Source: Eledone cirrhosa (lineage: Eukaryota). Taken from it: a stretch of 64,000 bases of DNA. The notes beneath the pieces were generated by a model that did not search any database, was not told where the DNA came from, and saw only the letters and a list, made by a program, of their open reading frames with translations. The position numbers and the translations under genes are program-made. This document shows, piece after piece, positions 12,750-24,420 of the stretch (its first letter is position 1; every line of letters starts with the position of its first letter). Where the stretch lies: positions 252,774,001 to 252,838,000 of the forward strand of contig OZ024742.1 in the NCBI GenBank assembly GCA_964016885.1, written 5' to 3'.

Positions 12750-13140
12750 ATCTGGTGAAGTAAAAAACCTTTGATTGGTACCAAAATGAGATTTTACAAC
12801 AGCAATGTATTTTCAACATTCCTGTTTGGGTATGAAATGTGGAGTGTGAAGACCAGCCAAGAGAACCAATTAGATGCTTTTGACACCAAATGCTTATGCA
12901 AAATCCTTGGCATCAGGTGGGATGACATCATCACCAACAAAGAAGTCCGTCAACGAACCCACTAACATTGTGTGTCTAATATCATGTGCAAGAATCAACT
13001 TGGCTGGTTGTGATACGTCATCCAAAAACTGAGTGAGAGACATGCTAATCAGGTCCTGTATTGGTACCCTCATAGAAAGAGGGTGAAGAGGATATCCCAA
13101 GATGAATTTGTGGCAGACAATCGGCAGAGACCTGAAAACT
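12750..13140 (+). mobile_element. RTE LINE RT C-terminal fragment (decayed)
   Basis: KMRFYNSNVFSTFLFGYEMW...LDAFDTKCLCKILGIRWDDIITNKEVRQRT matches the RTE thumb and C-terminal region. Confidence 0.75.
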
Positions 13141-14584
13141 GTTATAATAATGTGTCACACCTGTTTATATATCTGTACAAATGAAGGTAAAACTCAAGTA
13201 TTCACCAGACATAATTTCAAACTACCAATGAGATCACTACAATGAGATTCTACAATCTACTGACAGTTCATTTCAGTTATTATTTATCGACATTTCGCCT
13301 AGTCCACTTTTAGTTATGAGGGGTTTTCCCCTACAACAAAAATGGTCAACAAAATTTGGAATAATGTATTGATAGATGCAACTGTTCATGATCATTGGAG
13401 CACTTTGGCTATCTTGTGCATCTCAAGATGCAAAAGCTTCTAAGTCTATGTCCCAGACTAAGTCAAAACAATATTATCAAAAGGTATCTCAATTCATAAC
13501 TTTTCAAATTTCATCATGCATCAATGAACGAATATTTGTGTGTATGTTTAGAAGGACATACTATTAAGTAACATTTTGTATCAACAATGTATTTCCTTAT
13601 AGAAGACATTACAAACTTCTAGGTAACTTTCATAAATGTTAAAAGTTTTGAAATTGTTCTATATAAGTTGGAGTATCAAAGGTTGATAGTGGTTGTTGTG
13701 TTGAAATATCGGAAATATATAGCCATTTCTTTAACAGTGAATCATGTAACAACAAAAGAGATAGCATTAATATTTTAGTATAATTAAATGAAAGTTCATA
13801 CAAGTTAAACCGGGCAGTGACATATTGAAAGCTGTCAAATACAGAAAAGTCCATGCTCTCTTCTTAAATATGCTAACAATGAAAAGGTAGAGAAAACAAA
13901 AACTTTCAACAGACAACTTCAAATTGATTACTAGAACATTCATAGGGTGTATGGCCTTTGTAAAAACCTCAGGTGGATGTTACCTCATAATCAAAGCAGA
14001 CATGATTTAACACATATTATTGCATAGAATAGTGAGGGAATACTTTGAAAGAGCAAGTTCAACTCAAAGAGTTCGTTCTTGTGGATGTCCATCTTGGTCC
14101 CAACTGCAGTAATTAAGAAGGTGGTTTAGGAGTGGAAGACACCAAATATTTCCACTTCCGTAAATTCAATAATAAACTTATTAGAGAGTGACCTGTACTT
14201 TGACATATGCTTGTTCTACAAGTTACAATCAGTCACAAAATATCATCATCATCATCATCATCATCATCGTCGTCATTGCTTTAACTTCTGCTTTTCCTGC
14301 CAGCAAGTGTTGTATAGGTTTACATAGACCATGTCAGTACTGAAGCAGGGCTACTGATCTTCGAGACAGGTCAAGGATCTGTGTCTTGATTATGTGCAGT
14401 CTCACATTCTATCCAGTACACAGGAGAGGTTCTCATGACTTTGACAAACATTCTATGGCTGGATGCTTTTCCTGTCACCTGCCCTTCTTATCACTTATCT
14501 TTGCTAATTACCTGATAATCAGATGGACATCATAAATTCTCTGTTATGTCAGTTGTCTTTTTTCCACTGTAGCCTGTTATACAA

Positions 14585-14870
14585 AGACATGGCTGAGTGG
14601 TTAAGAATTTTGCTTTGCAATCATAAAATCTCAGATTTGATCACAGCATGGTATCTTGGATAGGTGTCTTCACCATAGCCTCAGTCCAAGTATTGTATGT
14701 GAAATTCAGTAAGTAGCAACTGTGTAGATGTTGTGCCACACTAATTCTGCTTAAGAATTACACAAACAGTAAATGTGCCTGTGGAATACTCAACCACTTA
14801 CACATTATTTAAACAAGTGAATGCTCATCATCGAAATGTATGGAAGACCCATCACTATTGCCAGGCACAA
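14585..14870 (+). mobile_element. Diverged tRNA-headed SINE
   Basis: ATGGCTGAGTGGTTAAGAATTTTGCTTTGCAATC head resembles family B. Confidence 0.5.
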
Positions 14871-14950
14871 ATTGATTAATTCAATATTGACTGAAAATAA
14901 AACAATCATTAGTTGTTACGAATGGCTTTTTTTCCTTACCTTTATCATTC

Positions 14951-15105
14951 TGTCACCTTGGTATAGCTTTCTTTATATATGTCACTTGTCACCTTGATAT
15001 AGCTTTCTTTATATAAGTCACTTTGTCACTTTGGTATGGCTTTCTTTATATATGTCACTTTGTCACCTTGGTATGGCTTTCTTACTTTACATTTGTCATC
15101 TTGGT
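14951..15105. repeat. Tandem repeat, 36-37-bp unit, about 4 copies
   Basis: TGTCACCTTGGTATAGCTTTCTTTATATATGTCACT(T) starting at 14951, 14987, 15024 and 15061. Confidence 0.85.
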
Positions 15106-15704
15106 TTATTCTCAAGGAAATACCAACCCTATGTACAGGGCTGTATCATTCATAAGGTTGACTAACATGCTCGTCTCAGATTAGTAATGATAAACTTAGG
15201 AAAATTAACAAAGAGAGGACTAGAAAACAAATGAAAACCCAAACAATTCCCCAAATAATTTTTTATGGGGAAACCTTAAGAAATTATTTTTTTGAAAATT
15301 AATTAATTAATAAGTGTTATTAAATTGATAAGCCCTAATTTTACTCCGTAATGTTTATTCAAGTCAAAATACGAGTATTAAATATAACAGCCAAACTAAA
15401 AACTACATAGTTGATGCATTACTAATAATTTTTTAATCTCTACATCTAGTCTTCCATAACTTTTAAGATTTTTCGGACTATTGTAAAGTTTGTTTATGTT
15501 TTTATGAATTATTTCGTGTTTGGAGACATTCGGACATGTGGTTGGTAAAAAATATGTAATGATTCTGATGAATTCAATACAGAGGAATAAAATGCAACTT
15601 CCTTATGTATTTGAATGAAATGCATATATATCAACTAAAAAGTGTATTAAAACATGGTTATTATTTATTCATTATATATATATATATATATAGGAAAAAG
15701 TATG

Positions 15705-15801
15705 ACTCCGACGGCAGAGCTCAAGCCGTTTCGATGGCTATTTCTGGACTAAATTAGAATGTTTAGCCTGGTGAATAAATAGCCGAACTTGTCAAGGGGG
15801 T
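15705..15801 (-). ncRNA. Type I hammerhead ribozyme with U3-A8 core, in the inverted pLTR
   Basis: Minus strand: ACCCCC TTGACAA G TTCGGCTATTT...AAATAGCCATC GAAAC GGC TTGAGCTCT GCC GTC GGAGT; stems I, II and III and a GUC triplet are present. Confidence 0.7.
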
Positions 15802-17310
15802 ACTTCCTTATATGGGAAGATTATAGTTGTCAAGAGGATTGGAGGTATGGGTGGCGGAACTTGCCTGTAGAACAATAGGGGAGTGAGTGGAGCGGTCAAG
15901 CGTTGAAAGTGATATGTATACAGCAGATTCTAAGGATAGTGTATGAAGTGGAGGAGGGACGTTATAGAATAAGTAAACACCTATTGGGAAAATCTTCTTT
16001 AGACTCCTCGAAAAACACTTCCCACTACAACACCGCTACCACAACATAATCAACAAAAGCACCATCAAACTCTCCTACAGCACCACACCTAACTTCGCAC
16101 AAAACATTGTCTCCTCAAACAACAATAAACTCAACCCCTATGGAAGAAATAACCTAGACATCAGTGGAGAGCCGACCAGGGGGTGTAACTGCCCTGATAG
16201 ATCTACCTGCCCCCTCAACAACAAATGCCGAGAACGTAACGTGATCTACCAGTGCAACGTGAGGACGGACACCTCCAACAAAGCTTATATAGGATTAACC
16301 GCGTGTGACTTCAAGACCCAACTCTACCAACACCGACATACTTTCCGAAACCTGGTCCGGCGACATGCCACTACACTTTCGGGCCACATCTGGGACCTCG
16401 AAGATAATAATATAACCTACAATCTCACTTGGAGCTTACTGTTCAGAGCTAACTCTTACACGGGAGGACGCCGTCCGTGTAACTTATGCTCGGAGGAAAC
16501 ATTACAAATGCTGTTTTCGAAGGACCAATTCCTAAATAAGAAAGACAAACTGGTAACCGCATCCAAACACAGATTGCGTAGGACTTACCTCGCCCTCAAA
16601 CCCCATAACGGTGGGTAGACAAGGGCTGATACTCCCCCCTCTTGCCGAATAAGTTAGGGGAAACCTCAGCTTACATAGGTATATGCATATCGTTTCTTTT
16701 CTTTTCCTCTTTGTCTTCTTCTTCCCCCTGTCTCATCCTATCACTTCCTTCCACCCCCTATTTTCTTCCTCGTCTGCTTTTCCCCTTTCGCCTAGCCCGA
16801 TGCAGCCAATCGGGCCTCTGTAGCATCAGTTCCCCACCCCTGTAATTTTAAGATAGAATTGTCCGAATACGTTTTATTAACTACTTATAGCAGACGAGTT
16901 AAACCCCTTTAATTCTGTATCAGTTCTGGTACTACTCAATTTCTACAAGTTTTTTCTATTCTCAACTTATTAACCTGTAATTGTAAGATAGCATTGTGAT
17001 TTTTTTTTTATTCATTTCTCACTATCTAATTTTATATATATATTTTTTATTTATTTTTATTTATTTCTATTATCTTTTATTGTCTCCTACTCTCATTCGA
17101 TTTACTTATTCTATAACCTCCCTCCTCCACTTCATACACTATCCTTAGAATCTGGTGTATACATATCACTTTCCATGCTTGACCGCTATTGTTCTACAGG
17201 CAAGTTCCGCCACCCCTACCTCCCACCAAATGCCATTATAGACTTATTTGTGTTTACAACAAATGTTAACCAATACTCTTGACAACTACAATCTTCCCAT
17301 ATCAGGAAGT

Positions 17311-17406
17311 ACCCCCTTGACAATTCGGCTATTTATTCACCAGGCTAAAAATTCTAATTTAGTCCAGAAATAGCCGTCGAAACAGCTTGAGCTCAGACGT
17401 CGGGGT
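17311..17406 (+). ncRNA. Type I hammerhead ribozyme with U3-A8 core, 3' pLTR copy, partly decayed
   Basis: ACCCCC TTGACAA TTCGGCTATTT...AAATAGCCGTC GAAAC...GTC GGGGT; stem III is weakened. Confidence 0.6.
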
Positions 17407-17523
17407 CATGCTTTTTCCTATTTACCACTCTACTACCCTAAGTATTGAGTACTCTGGTGCGTTATGGTCCATCTGGTTCCTTACCACAATTCCTTTGTTT
17501 TATATATATATATATATATATAT

Positions 17524-17672
17524 ATCATCATCATCATCATCAGGTTTAGCGTCCGTGTTCCACGCTTGCATGGGTTTGGACGGGGGTTTTCCCACTTGAG
17601 GCAAGAGTGGTTGTCTTGCTCGCATAGGACTGTCTGGCGGGTTTTCTACAGTTGGATGCCCTTCCTAACATA
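17524..17672 (-). mobile_element. RTE-tailed SINE family C fragment (longer copy 35020-35290, plus strand)
   Basis: CCACGCTTGCATGGGTTTGGA...GGATGCCCTTCCTAACA matches the reverse complement of 35140-35270. Confidence 0.75.
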
Positions 17673-17699
17673 GATATATATATGTATTTATATATCTAT

Positions 17700-20690
17700 C
17701 TAAGGCGGGTAAAATTCCCGAGATCCATGGACGAGTTCTCTCCAGCGGTCTCTGTCCCTCATTATCGCTGCCATGTCCTGCATCTCCAACAGACCAGTGT
17801 CTGTCCTTAGGGCATCAACATATGTTAACCTTGGTCTTCCTTTTCTAGTGTGTCCATGTAGGGGCTCCCAAAGGAGTACTGAGTGCAATGTCAACTCTGG
17901 ATGTCGGTGAGCATGTCCAGCTAACCTCAGTCTCCTCTGTGTCACTTTTGAGCTGACTCTTGGGATGCTCCCATACAGCTCTGAGTTTTTCATCCTCAGT
18001 GTATACTGATTAATGTTCAGAGCCATCCTCAGCATTCTCGTGTAGCACCCATCCACCATCTGAGTGAGTTTCTTGGTCAGTGTCCAAGTCTCAGACCCAT
18101 ACAGCAGCACAGACTCCACTACAGCAATGAAGAGGCGGACTTTCAGGTCTCTACGAAGGTCCGACTTCCACACCGATCTCAAGCTGTGGCATGCCGCCCA
18201 GGCCTTGCTCTTCCTCTCAACCACATCATCTTCCGTATTCCCAATCTTTGCTCCCAAATACAGGAAGTCCTCAACCAATTCCAGCGGCTTCCCGCCTACA
18301 TTAGTGATCCCCTCTGGCTTCTCAACATTCTCTACCAGATATTTTGTTTTAGTCTCATTCATTCTCAGCCCCACCCTCATCGACACAGTCTCAACCTCCC
18401 GCATCAAATCCTCTGCCTCCTTCACTGTATTTGTCACCAAAACTATGTCGTCGGCAAATTCAGCATCCGATACCTTTTTCGCCTTAACTCTCCTGCTCTG
18501 AGCCGGTGCTACAGTAAAGCCAGAGACCTGGTGTTTCTCCAGTGCAAGGCGCATACAATAGTCCACTACGATGATAAAAAGGTAGAGAGCCAATGTATCT
18601 CCCTGGAGCACTCCAGCCAGTATCTCAAAGAACTCTGTCATCCCATCAGGTGTAATGACTTGGGCTTTGGTGTTGGTGTAGAGCAGTAATATCAGGTCCA
18701 CTATCTTCTTGGGGATTCTATAAGCCTGTAAGATCTTCATCAGGCAGTAACGGTTCACAGAATCAAAGGCCTTCCTAAAGTCAATGAAAACCATGACCGC
18801 AGGAAGGCACTTTGCTCTAGCTCCCTCTAATATCCTCCTCAGCATCAGGATGTGACTGGTGGTCGATCTACCCTCTCTGAAGCCGTTCTGGTTGTCCCTG
18901 AGCTTCTTCTCCATCTCAGGCTGGATCCTGTTAAGAATCATCCTGTTGAGGGTCTTTGCCACAAGTGACATCAGTGAGATCCCCCGGTAGTTGTTGGTGT
19001 TAGAGAGATCTCCCTTCTTTGGCACTGGGACGATGTTACTGATCCTCCACTGATTCGGGGCAACTCCTTTCTCCAGTGCCCCGTTACAGAACCCCAGGAT
19101 GATATCATCAAAATCACACCTCTTCATCACCTCTGATGCCACTCCATCTTCTCCATGAGCCTTGCCCTCCTTGATCCTCTTCTTGGCTCTCTGAAGCTCC
19201 TCTCTGGTGAAGGGCTCTGTCTCAACATCCAGTTCCTCAAATAGCTGCCTGATCTCCCCAGTGCTCTGGGCTGTGGAGGGTGGCTCTCCTAGTAGGGTCC
19301 TAAAATGGTCTAGCCATTTCTTCTTCCTATCCTCGGGCCCCGTTCCCTGGATCTGACTCGAACACCTTCTCTTCCTCCCTGTGATCTCGTTGATGATCAT
19401 CCAGCTCTCCTTACATCCAGATCTGTCAACCGCTCTCTCCACACTTCTGATCTTCTCTATCAGTGCCTCCTCTCTGACCTCAGTGTAAGCGGTACAGAGC
19501 TCTTCCCTCATCACCTCCACAGTCTCCATCCTCTCCTCCGTAGGATCAGCATAGAATTGGTCCCTGGCAGCTTTCAGGTGTTCTCTGGCTGCACACACTT
19601 TTGGGTTTGCAGAGCTGACGTGCTTCCCTTTGTTCTTTTTCCTCGGCACCAGGGTTTCACTTGCTTCCGCCACTGCATTGGTGAAGTGCCCGTACCTCCT
19701 CGTCACACTCTCCTCAGTCCATCCAATCTCTCTCTCCTCTGACTCTCCACACAGAGCACTAAACCTGTTTCTCACTTCCACTGTGAACCTCTCCTGTAGC
19801 TTATCATCTTCCTTGAAAGCTCCCCAGTCATAGATTGTTCTCCAGGGCTGAGCCTTGCTCTTTCTTAAGCTCACGCGGACCTCACTCATAACAAGCCGGT
19901 GGTCACTACCCAGTGTACTGAAATAGCTGTATGGTTCCGTGTTCAGAACACTATTCCGCCACTTTTTCCTCACCAGAATGAAATCAACCTGGGACTTGGA
20001 CAGGTGCATATCTGAGATGTAGGTCCACATCTTCCCCAGATTCTTCCTAAACCCTAGGTTGGTCGCCATCAAGTTCGCCTCCAGCAGGGTGTCTCTCAGT
20101 AGTCTTCCATTTCGGTTGGTGTTGTTATGGAAGTACCAGCAAGGATCTTCACTGCCCTCCTTACTCAGATGTGCATTGAAGTCCCCCAAAACAAGCAGGA
20201 TATTGTGTGCCTGAGTGGTGTTGACAGCTCTACACACCTCCTCATGGAACTCTTCCGCATTCACATCACTGTCTCCCTTGGTTGGACTATAGGCTGAGAT
20301 GACTGTCAGTCTTGGGTTTCCATTGAAGGTCACCCTCAACACTCGCGGGGAGATAGGCATTATTTCCCTCACCAACAGATTGGTTTTTGCACTGAACACA
20401 AAACCCACTCCTCCTACTGCAGCATTTGTTGTGTTCTTCACTGCCGATGTAGTGATGAGCTGGCTCTTCCTCCCAATTATCACACTCCTCACGGGCTCAT
20501 CGTGTAGGATCCTGTGTTCTTGGATCGCGAGTATCTGTATACCACTCTCCTCGAACAGATGGCCCAACTCCTCTCTCTTCCCCAGCGTCCGAATAGTCCT
20601 CACATTCAAAGTGCCCATTTTGATGGCTCTTCTGCAGGACAAAACTGCATTCTTTATATTTGTCTCAGAGACAGCTGATCCATCATCCAC
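17700..20690 (-). CDS. Intact APE endonuclease-reverse transcriptase ORF (996 aa) of an RTE-clade LINE; element about 17690-20864
   Basis: No stops. Motifs GTLNVRT, AIQE, GDFNAH, DFIL, GSDH (APE); NYRGISL, QNGFR, FIDFRKAFDSV, GVLQGD, EFADD, FLYLG, LLYGSETW (RT). The exact start codon is uncertain. Confidence 0.95.
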   Translation of the reverse strand: MDDGSAVSETNIKNAVLSCRRAIKMGTLNVRTIRTLGKREELGHLFEESGIQILAIQEHRILHDEPVRSVIIGRKSQLITTSAVKNTTNAAVGGVGFVFSAKTNLLVREIMPISPRVLRVTFNGNPRLTVISAYSPTKGDSDVNAEEFHEEVCRAVNTTQAHNILLVLGDFNAHLSKEGSEDPCWYFHNNTNRNGRLLRDTLLEANLMATNLGFRKNLGKMWTYISDMHLSKSQVDFILVRKKWRNSVLNTEPYSYFSTLGSDHRLVMSEVRVSLRKSKAQPWRTIYDWGAFKEDDKLQERFTVEVRNRFSALCGESEEREIGWTEESVTRRYGHFTNAVAEASETLVPRKKNKGKHVSSANPKVCAAREHLKAARDQFYADPTEERMETVEVMREELCTAYTEVREEALIEKIRSVERAVDRSGCKESWMIINEITGRKRRCSSQIQGTGPEDRKKKWLDHFRTLLGEPPSTAQSTGEIRQLFEELDVETEPFTREELQRAKKRIKEGKAHGEDGVASEVMKRCDFDDIILGFCNGALEKGVAPNQWRISNIVPVPKKGDLSNTNNYRGISLMSLVAKTLNRMILNRIQPEMEKKLRDNQNGFREGRSTTSHILMLRRILEGARAKCLPAVMVFIDFRKAFDSVNRYCLMKILQAYRIPKKIVDLILLLYTNTKAQVITPDGMTEFFEILAGVLQGDTLALYLFIIVVDYCMRLALEKHQVSGFTVAPAQSRRVKAKKVSDAEFADDIVLVTNTVKEAEDLMREVETVSMRVGLRMNETKTKYLVENVEKPEGITNVGGKPLELVEDFLYLGAKIGNTEDDVVERKSKAWAACHSLRSVWKSDLRRDLKVRLFIAVVESVLLYGSETWTLTKKLTQMVDGCYTRMLRMALNINQYTLRMKNSELYGSIPRVSSKVTQRRLRLAGHAHRHPELTLHSVLLWEPLHGHTRKGRPRLTYVDALRTDTGLLEMQDMAAIMRDRDRWRELVHGSREFYPP

Positions 20691-20862
20691 TGGCCCTCTC
20701 TGTGGCTCTAAGCCAGCAGAGTCATAACGACCAGGCTGCTCCTTGACTGTAATTAGGGGCTCTAACCCTAGTGCTGTTAGATCGACTCTCCATATTTCTT
20801 TTCAATGGCTGACAATACCTTACCGGCGCCACTTGAATAAGGTAGTTATTTACCCCATAAAT

Positions 20863-20947
<85 letters not shown>

Positions 20948-21379
20948 CATATATATGCATATACATATATATGCGGTGCCCCAGCATGGCCTCAGCCGGA
21001 TGGCTGAAACAGGTAAAAGAGTATATATGTATATATAATTATCAAACTCGTGTTTTTACCTATCACTCATTGAGAGTTTCAGTACACCAGTGACAAATAA
21101 CCTTCTGTTTCATATATGTCATCAACACCATCATCATCATTTAACATCCATGATATATATATATAATATATGTACACCAATTTCCGTAACTTTTGGAGTT
21201 ATTGGAGGTGGCGCTAATATTAGCACTCAATGCTAAAGCAGCTGTATAAATGATGCATAATAAGATGAAGTTTCACATGAATGTTTTTATAGATTATCGA
21301 CCAATTACGTATGATTCACAGATGAATGGCTTAAGGCCCATATTTGTATTATAATATACATATATATTTAATCAACATA

Positions 21380-22050
21380 GGGAACCACTTCTGCCTTCTA
21401 TTAATATTGCTGATCATACTCTTCAAGAGAGAAACTCTATATGCCTTCTTGGTCTGACATTATCTAATGATTTGAGCTGGAATAATTATATCACACCGAT
21501 TGTGATTTCTGTCATGTGTGAAACATTTTTCAAGCCTGAAAATATCTTATATCATTATGACTCTACTATTCATATTGAATACTCTAACCACATCTGATAT
21601 GGTGCTTCTACCTTGCACCATGAGAGTCTAGATAAGATCTAAAGAAGAATCATCAACATTATTCAACATTATTGGTCCTGACTTAGGTTGTTTTCAATCA
21701 CTATCATACCATCGAAATGTTACTTCGTTTTGCTTTTTTTTATAAATATTTTCATGGGAATTCTTCTGATGAGCTTTCCTCTTTGTTTGCCCGTCTTCAT
21801 GAGTTTAAACAGAGTACCAGATTAACAGCTAGGTCTCATCTATATACAGTTGAAGTTCCTAAATGCAATTGCAAATCTTATTCTGATAATTTTGTCCCTT
21901 GCACATCTTGCCTATGGAATTCTGACAATGACAATTTTAAAAAATTCAAAAGTGTCATCAATCATCATATCCCTCTTTTCCTTTTCCCATCTCAGTAAAC
22001 CCTAGCATTTTACTGGCTCTGTTGCCTTGTTTTGGGTTTGTAAATAATAT
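21380..22050 (+). mobile_element. Decayed CR1/Jockey-group LINE 3' fragment
   Basis: LLGLTLSNDLSWNNYI, FFYKYFHGNSSDEL and FVPCTSCLWNS C-terminal motifs. Confidence 0.65.
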
Positions 22051-22231
22051 ATATATATATACATAAAAGATAAAATGAAGTTTCAATTTAATTTCTTTTT
22101 ATTCTTCATGAAATATGATGCATGTTTTGCAGATGATGAAATGCACACAGGTATATATATATATATATATATACCTGTGTGCATTTCATCATCTGCAAAA
22201 CATGCATCATCTGCAAAACATGCATATATAT

Positions 22232-22680
22232 ATATCTATCTAAGGCGGGTAAAATTCCCGAGATCCATGGACGAGTTCTCTCCAGCGGTCTCTGTCCCTC
22301 ATTATCGCTGCCATGTCCTGCATCTCCAACAGACCAGTGTCTGTCCTTAGGGCATCAACATACGTTAACCTTGGTCTTCCTCTTCTAGTGTGTCCATGTA
22401 GGGGATCCCAAAGGAGTACTGAGTGCAATGTCAACTCTGGATGTCAGTGAGCATGTCCAGCTAACCTCAGTCTTCTCTGTGTCACTTTTGAGCTGACTTT
22501 TGGGATGTTCCCATACAGCTCTGAGTTTTTCATCCTCAGTGTATACTGATTAATGTTCAGAGCCATCCTCACCATTCTCGTGTAGCACCCATCCACCATC
22601 TGAGTGAGTTTCTTGGTCAGTGTCCAAGTCTCAGACCCATACAGCAGCACAGACTCCACTACAGCAATGAAGAGGCGGAT
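22232..22680 (-). mobile_element. 3'-terminal copy of the intact RTE (17700-18140)
   Basis: Near-identical to 17692-18140 with a few substitutions; same 3' end. Confidence 0.95.
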
Positions 22681-22761
22681 TTTCATATATAGTGGCAATG
22701 TATTTGTTTTGAAAAGTTTTTGATATAAAATCATGTGTTGAAACAGATATTGATATATTTA

Positions 22762-23842
22762 GGGAGGGTCATGTTGTCCTAATATTGCCCCCCAAAATAG
22801 TAAAACGCACTCACTGCTTAGTTTGGCTTTCGCTTCAGTTTCAGTATATTTTTTTTCATATTTCCATAAATAATTTAGCTGGCAATCAATGTTTATCAAT
22901 GATTGACCAACAGTTAAAAAAAAAAATAATTATAATTTCTCAAAGTTCTTTTGTCACACATTTCTGTGACATCTTCAGTGATTATTGCTGTGTTTTCTCC
23001 CGTTGTGTTTCTATAACTTTTTTGGTTGTCTCTGTTTGTGCATGTGTTTGTGTGAATGTATTCTGTTTGGCGTGTGCTTGTGTATTTGTGTCTGAGTCTG
23101 CGTGTGTTTATGTGTTTATATTCTATCTTTGGCCACTAGTGTGTGTTTGTGTGTGGTTGTAGCTATTCCACTCATGTTTTCTGTTCAGCCTAGGTTTTCT
23201 AAAAAGAAAACCCAGTACTATATGAACATGCCAGACTAAAACATGATTGTAAAATAGACAACATAGAAGTTAAAATAATATCTAAACATAGGAATGACTC
23301 GACACTTAGACCAATTAGGGAGGCTAAAGAAATAGAATTAAGAAAACCTAGGCTAAACAGAAAACATGAGTGGAATAGCTACAGCCATACACAAACACAC
23401 ACTAGGGATCAAAGATAGAATATAAATATACACAGATACAATAACAATACCCACACGTCAACACACACTAGTGACCAAAGAAAGACTATAAACACATAAA
23501 TGCATGCAGACTCAGACATGAAACATGAGCTTACACCAAACAGAATACATGTACACAAATGCATGCAAAACCAAAGATACCTAAACAAAGTTATAGAAAC
23601 ACAACAACGGGAAACACAGCGATAATCACTTAAGATATTACATAAATGTGTGACGAAAGAACTTTGAGAAATTATATTCATATATATATATTTTAACTGT
23701 TGGTCAATCAGTGATAAATATTGATTGCCAGCTAAATTATTTATGGAAATATAAAAAAATATGTTGAAACTGAAGCGGTAACCAAACCAAACAGTGAGTG
23801 TGTTTTACTATTTTTTTGGCAATACTAGGACATGACTCTCCC
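22762..23842. mobile_element. Foldback/long-TIR non-autonomous element
   Basis: Arms 22762-23200 and 23341-23842 are diverged inverted copies (GGGAGGGTCATG...CATGACTCTCCC) around a 140-bp spacer; no clean TSD seen. Confidence 0.75.
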
Positions 23843-24021
23843 CAATTATAACAATACATATATGTATATATGTATATATATAATATTCTATGTCTATATT
23901 CACATATATATCGCTATTTCAGAGCATTTATTCCAATTTCTAATTTCTGCCGGACCGGCAACCGCTCTTTCAAACCAGTTCCTGTACACAGCTAAGTATT
24001 CTATAAGTCTCTAGCTGTGTC

Positions 24022-24110
24022 ATTCTCGATAAAAGCACTGGATATGTAGTCCTGATGATTTCTAACAAGAATGAAACGCGTAGATTACTTCCCTTGCTTT
24101 TATCGAGAAT
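24022..24110 (+). ncRNA. Type I hammerhead ribozyme, unit 1
   Basis: ATTCTCGATAAAAGCA-ctggatat-GTAGTC CTGATGA T TTCT AACA AGAA T GAAAC GC GTA GATTAC-ttccct-TGCTTTTATCGAGAAT; predicted cleavage after A24082. Confidence 0.85.
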
Positions 24111-24331
24111 CTAATTGTAATACGTGACGTATTCTATTCTATAGCGATTAGGTCTTCAAAATGTTTATTATAAACATACAGAATATTTTCGAATATTCTA
24201 TGTCTATATTCACATATATATCGCTATTTCAGAGCATTTATTCCAATTTCTAATTTCTGCCGGACCGGCAACCGCTCTTTCAAACCAGTTCCTGTACACA
24301 GCTAAGTATTCTATAAGTCTCTAGCTGTGTC

Positions 24332-24420
24332 ATTCTCGATAAAAGCACTGGATATGTAGTCCTGATGATTTCTAACAAGAATGAAACGCGTAGATTACTT
24401 CCCTTGCTTTTATCGAGAAT
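24332..24420 (+). ncRNA. Type I hammerhead ribozyme, unit 2
   Basis: Identical to 24022-24110; predicted cleavage after A24392. Confidence 0.85.

Larger units (their letters stand above)
15691..17495 (+). mobile_element. 5'-truncated Penelope-like element (Naiad-type GIY-YIG) with an inverted pseudo-LTR at its 5' end
   Basis: 15979-16618 encodes KHFPLQHRYHNIINKSTIKLSYSTTPN, GCNCPDRSTCPLNNKC, VIYQCNV...AYIGLT and CNLC; 15691-15977 is an inverted copy of 17101-17420. Confidence 0.85.

Noticed and set aside
13280-14100. Possible very old retroelement RT remnant on the minus strand
   Set aside because: Only a faint TFD-like motif; too decayed to support by eye.
16180-16500. Selenocysteine-encoding Naiad endonuclease
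   Set aside because: The conserved Cys positions here and at 30950-31325 are ordinary Cys codons, not TGA.
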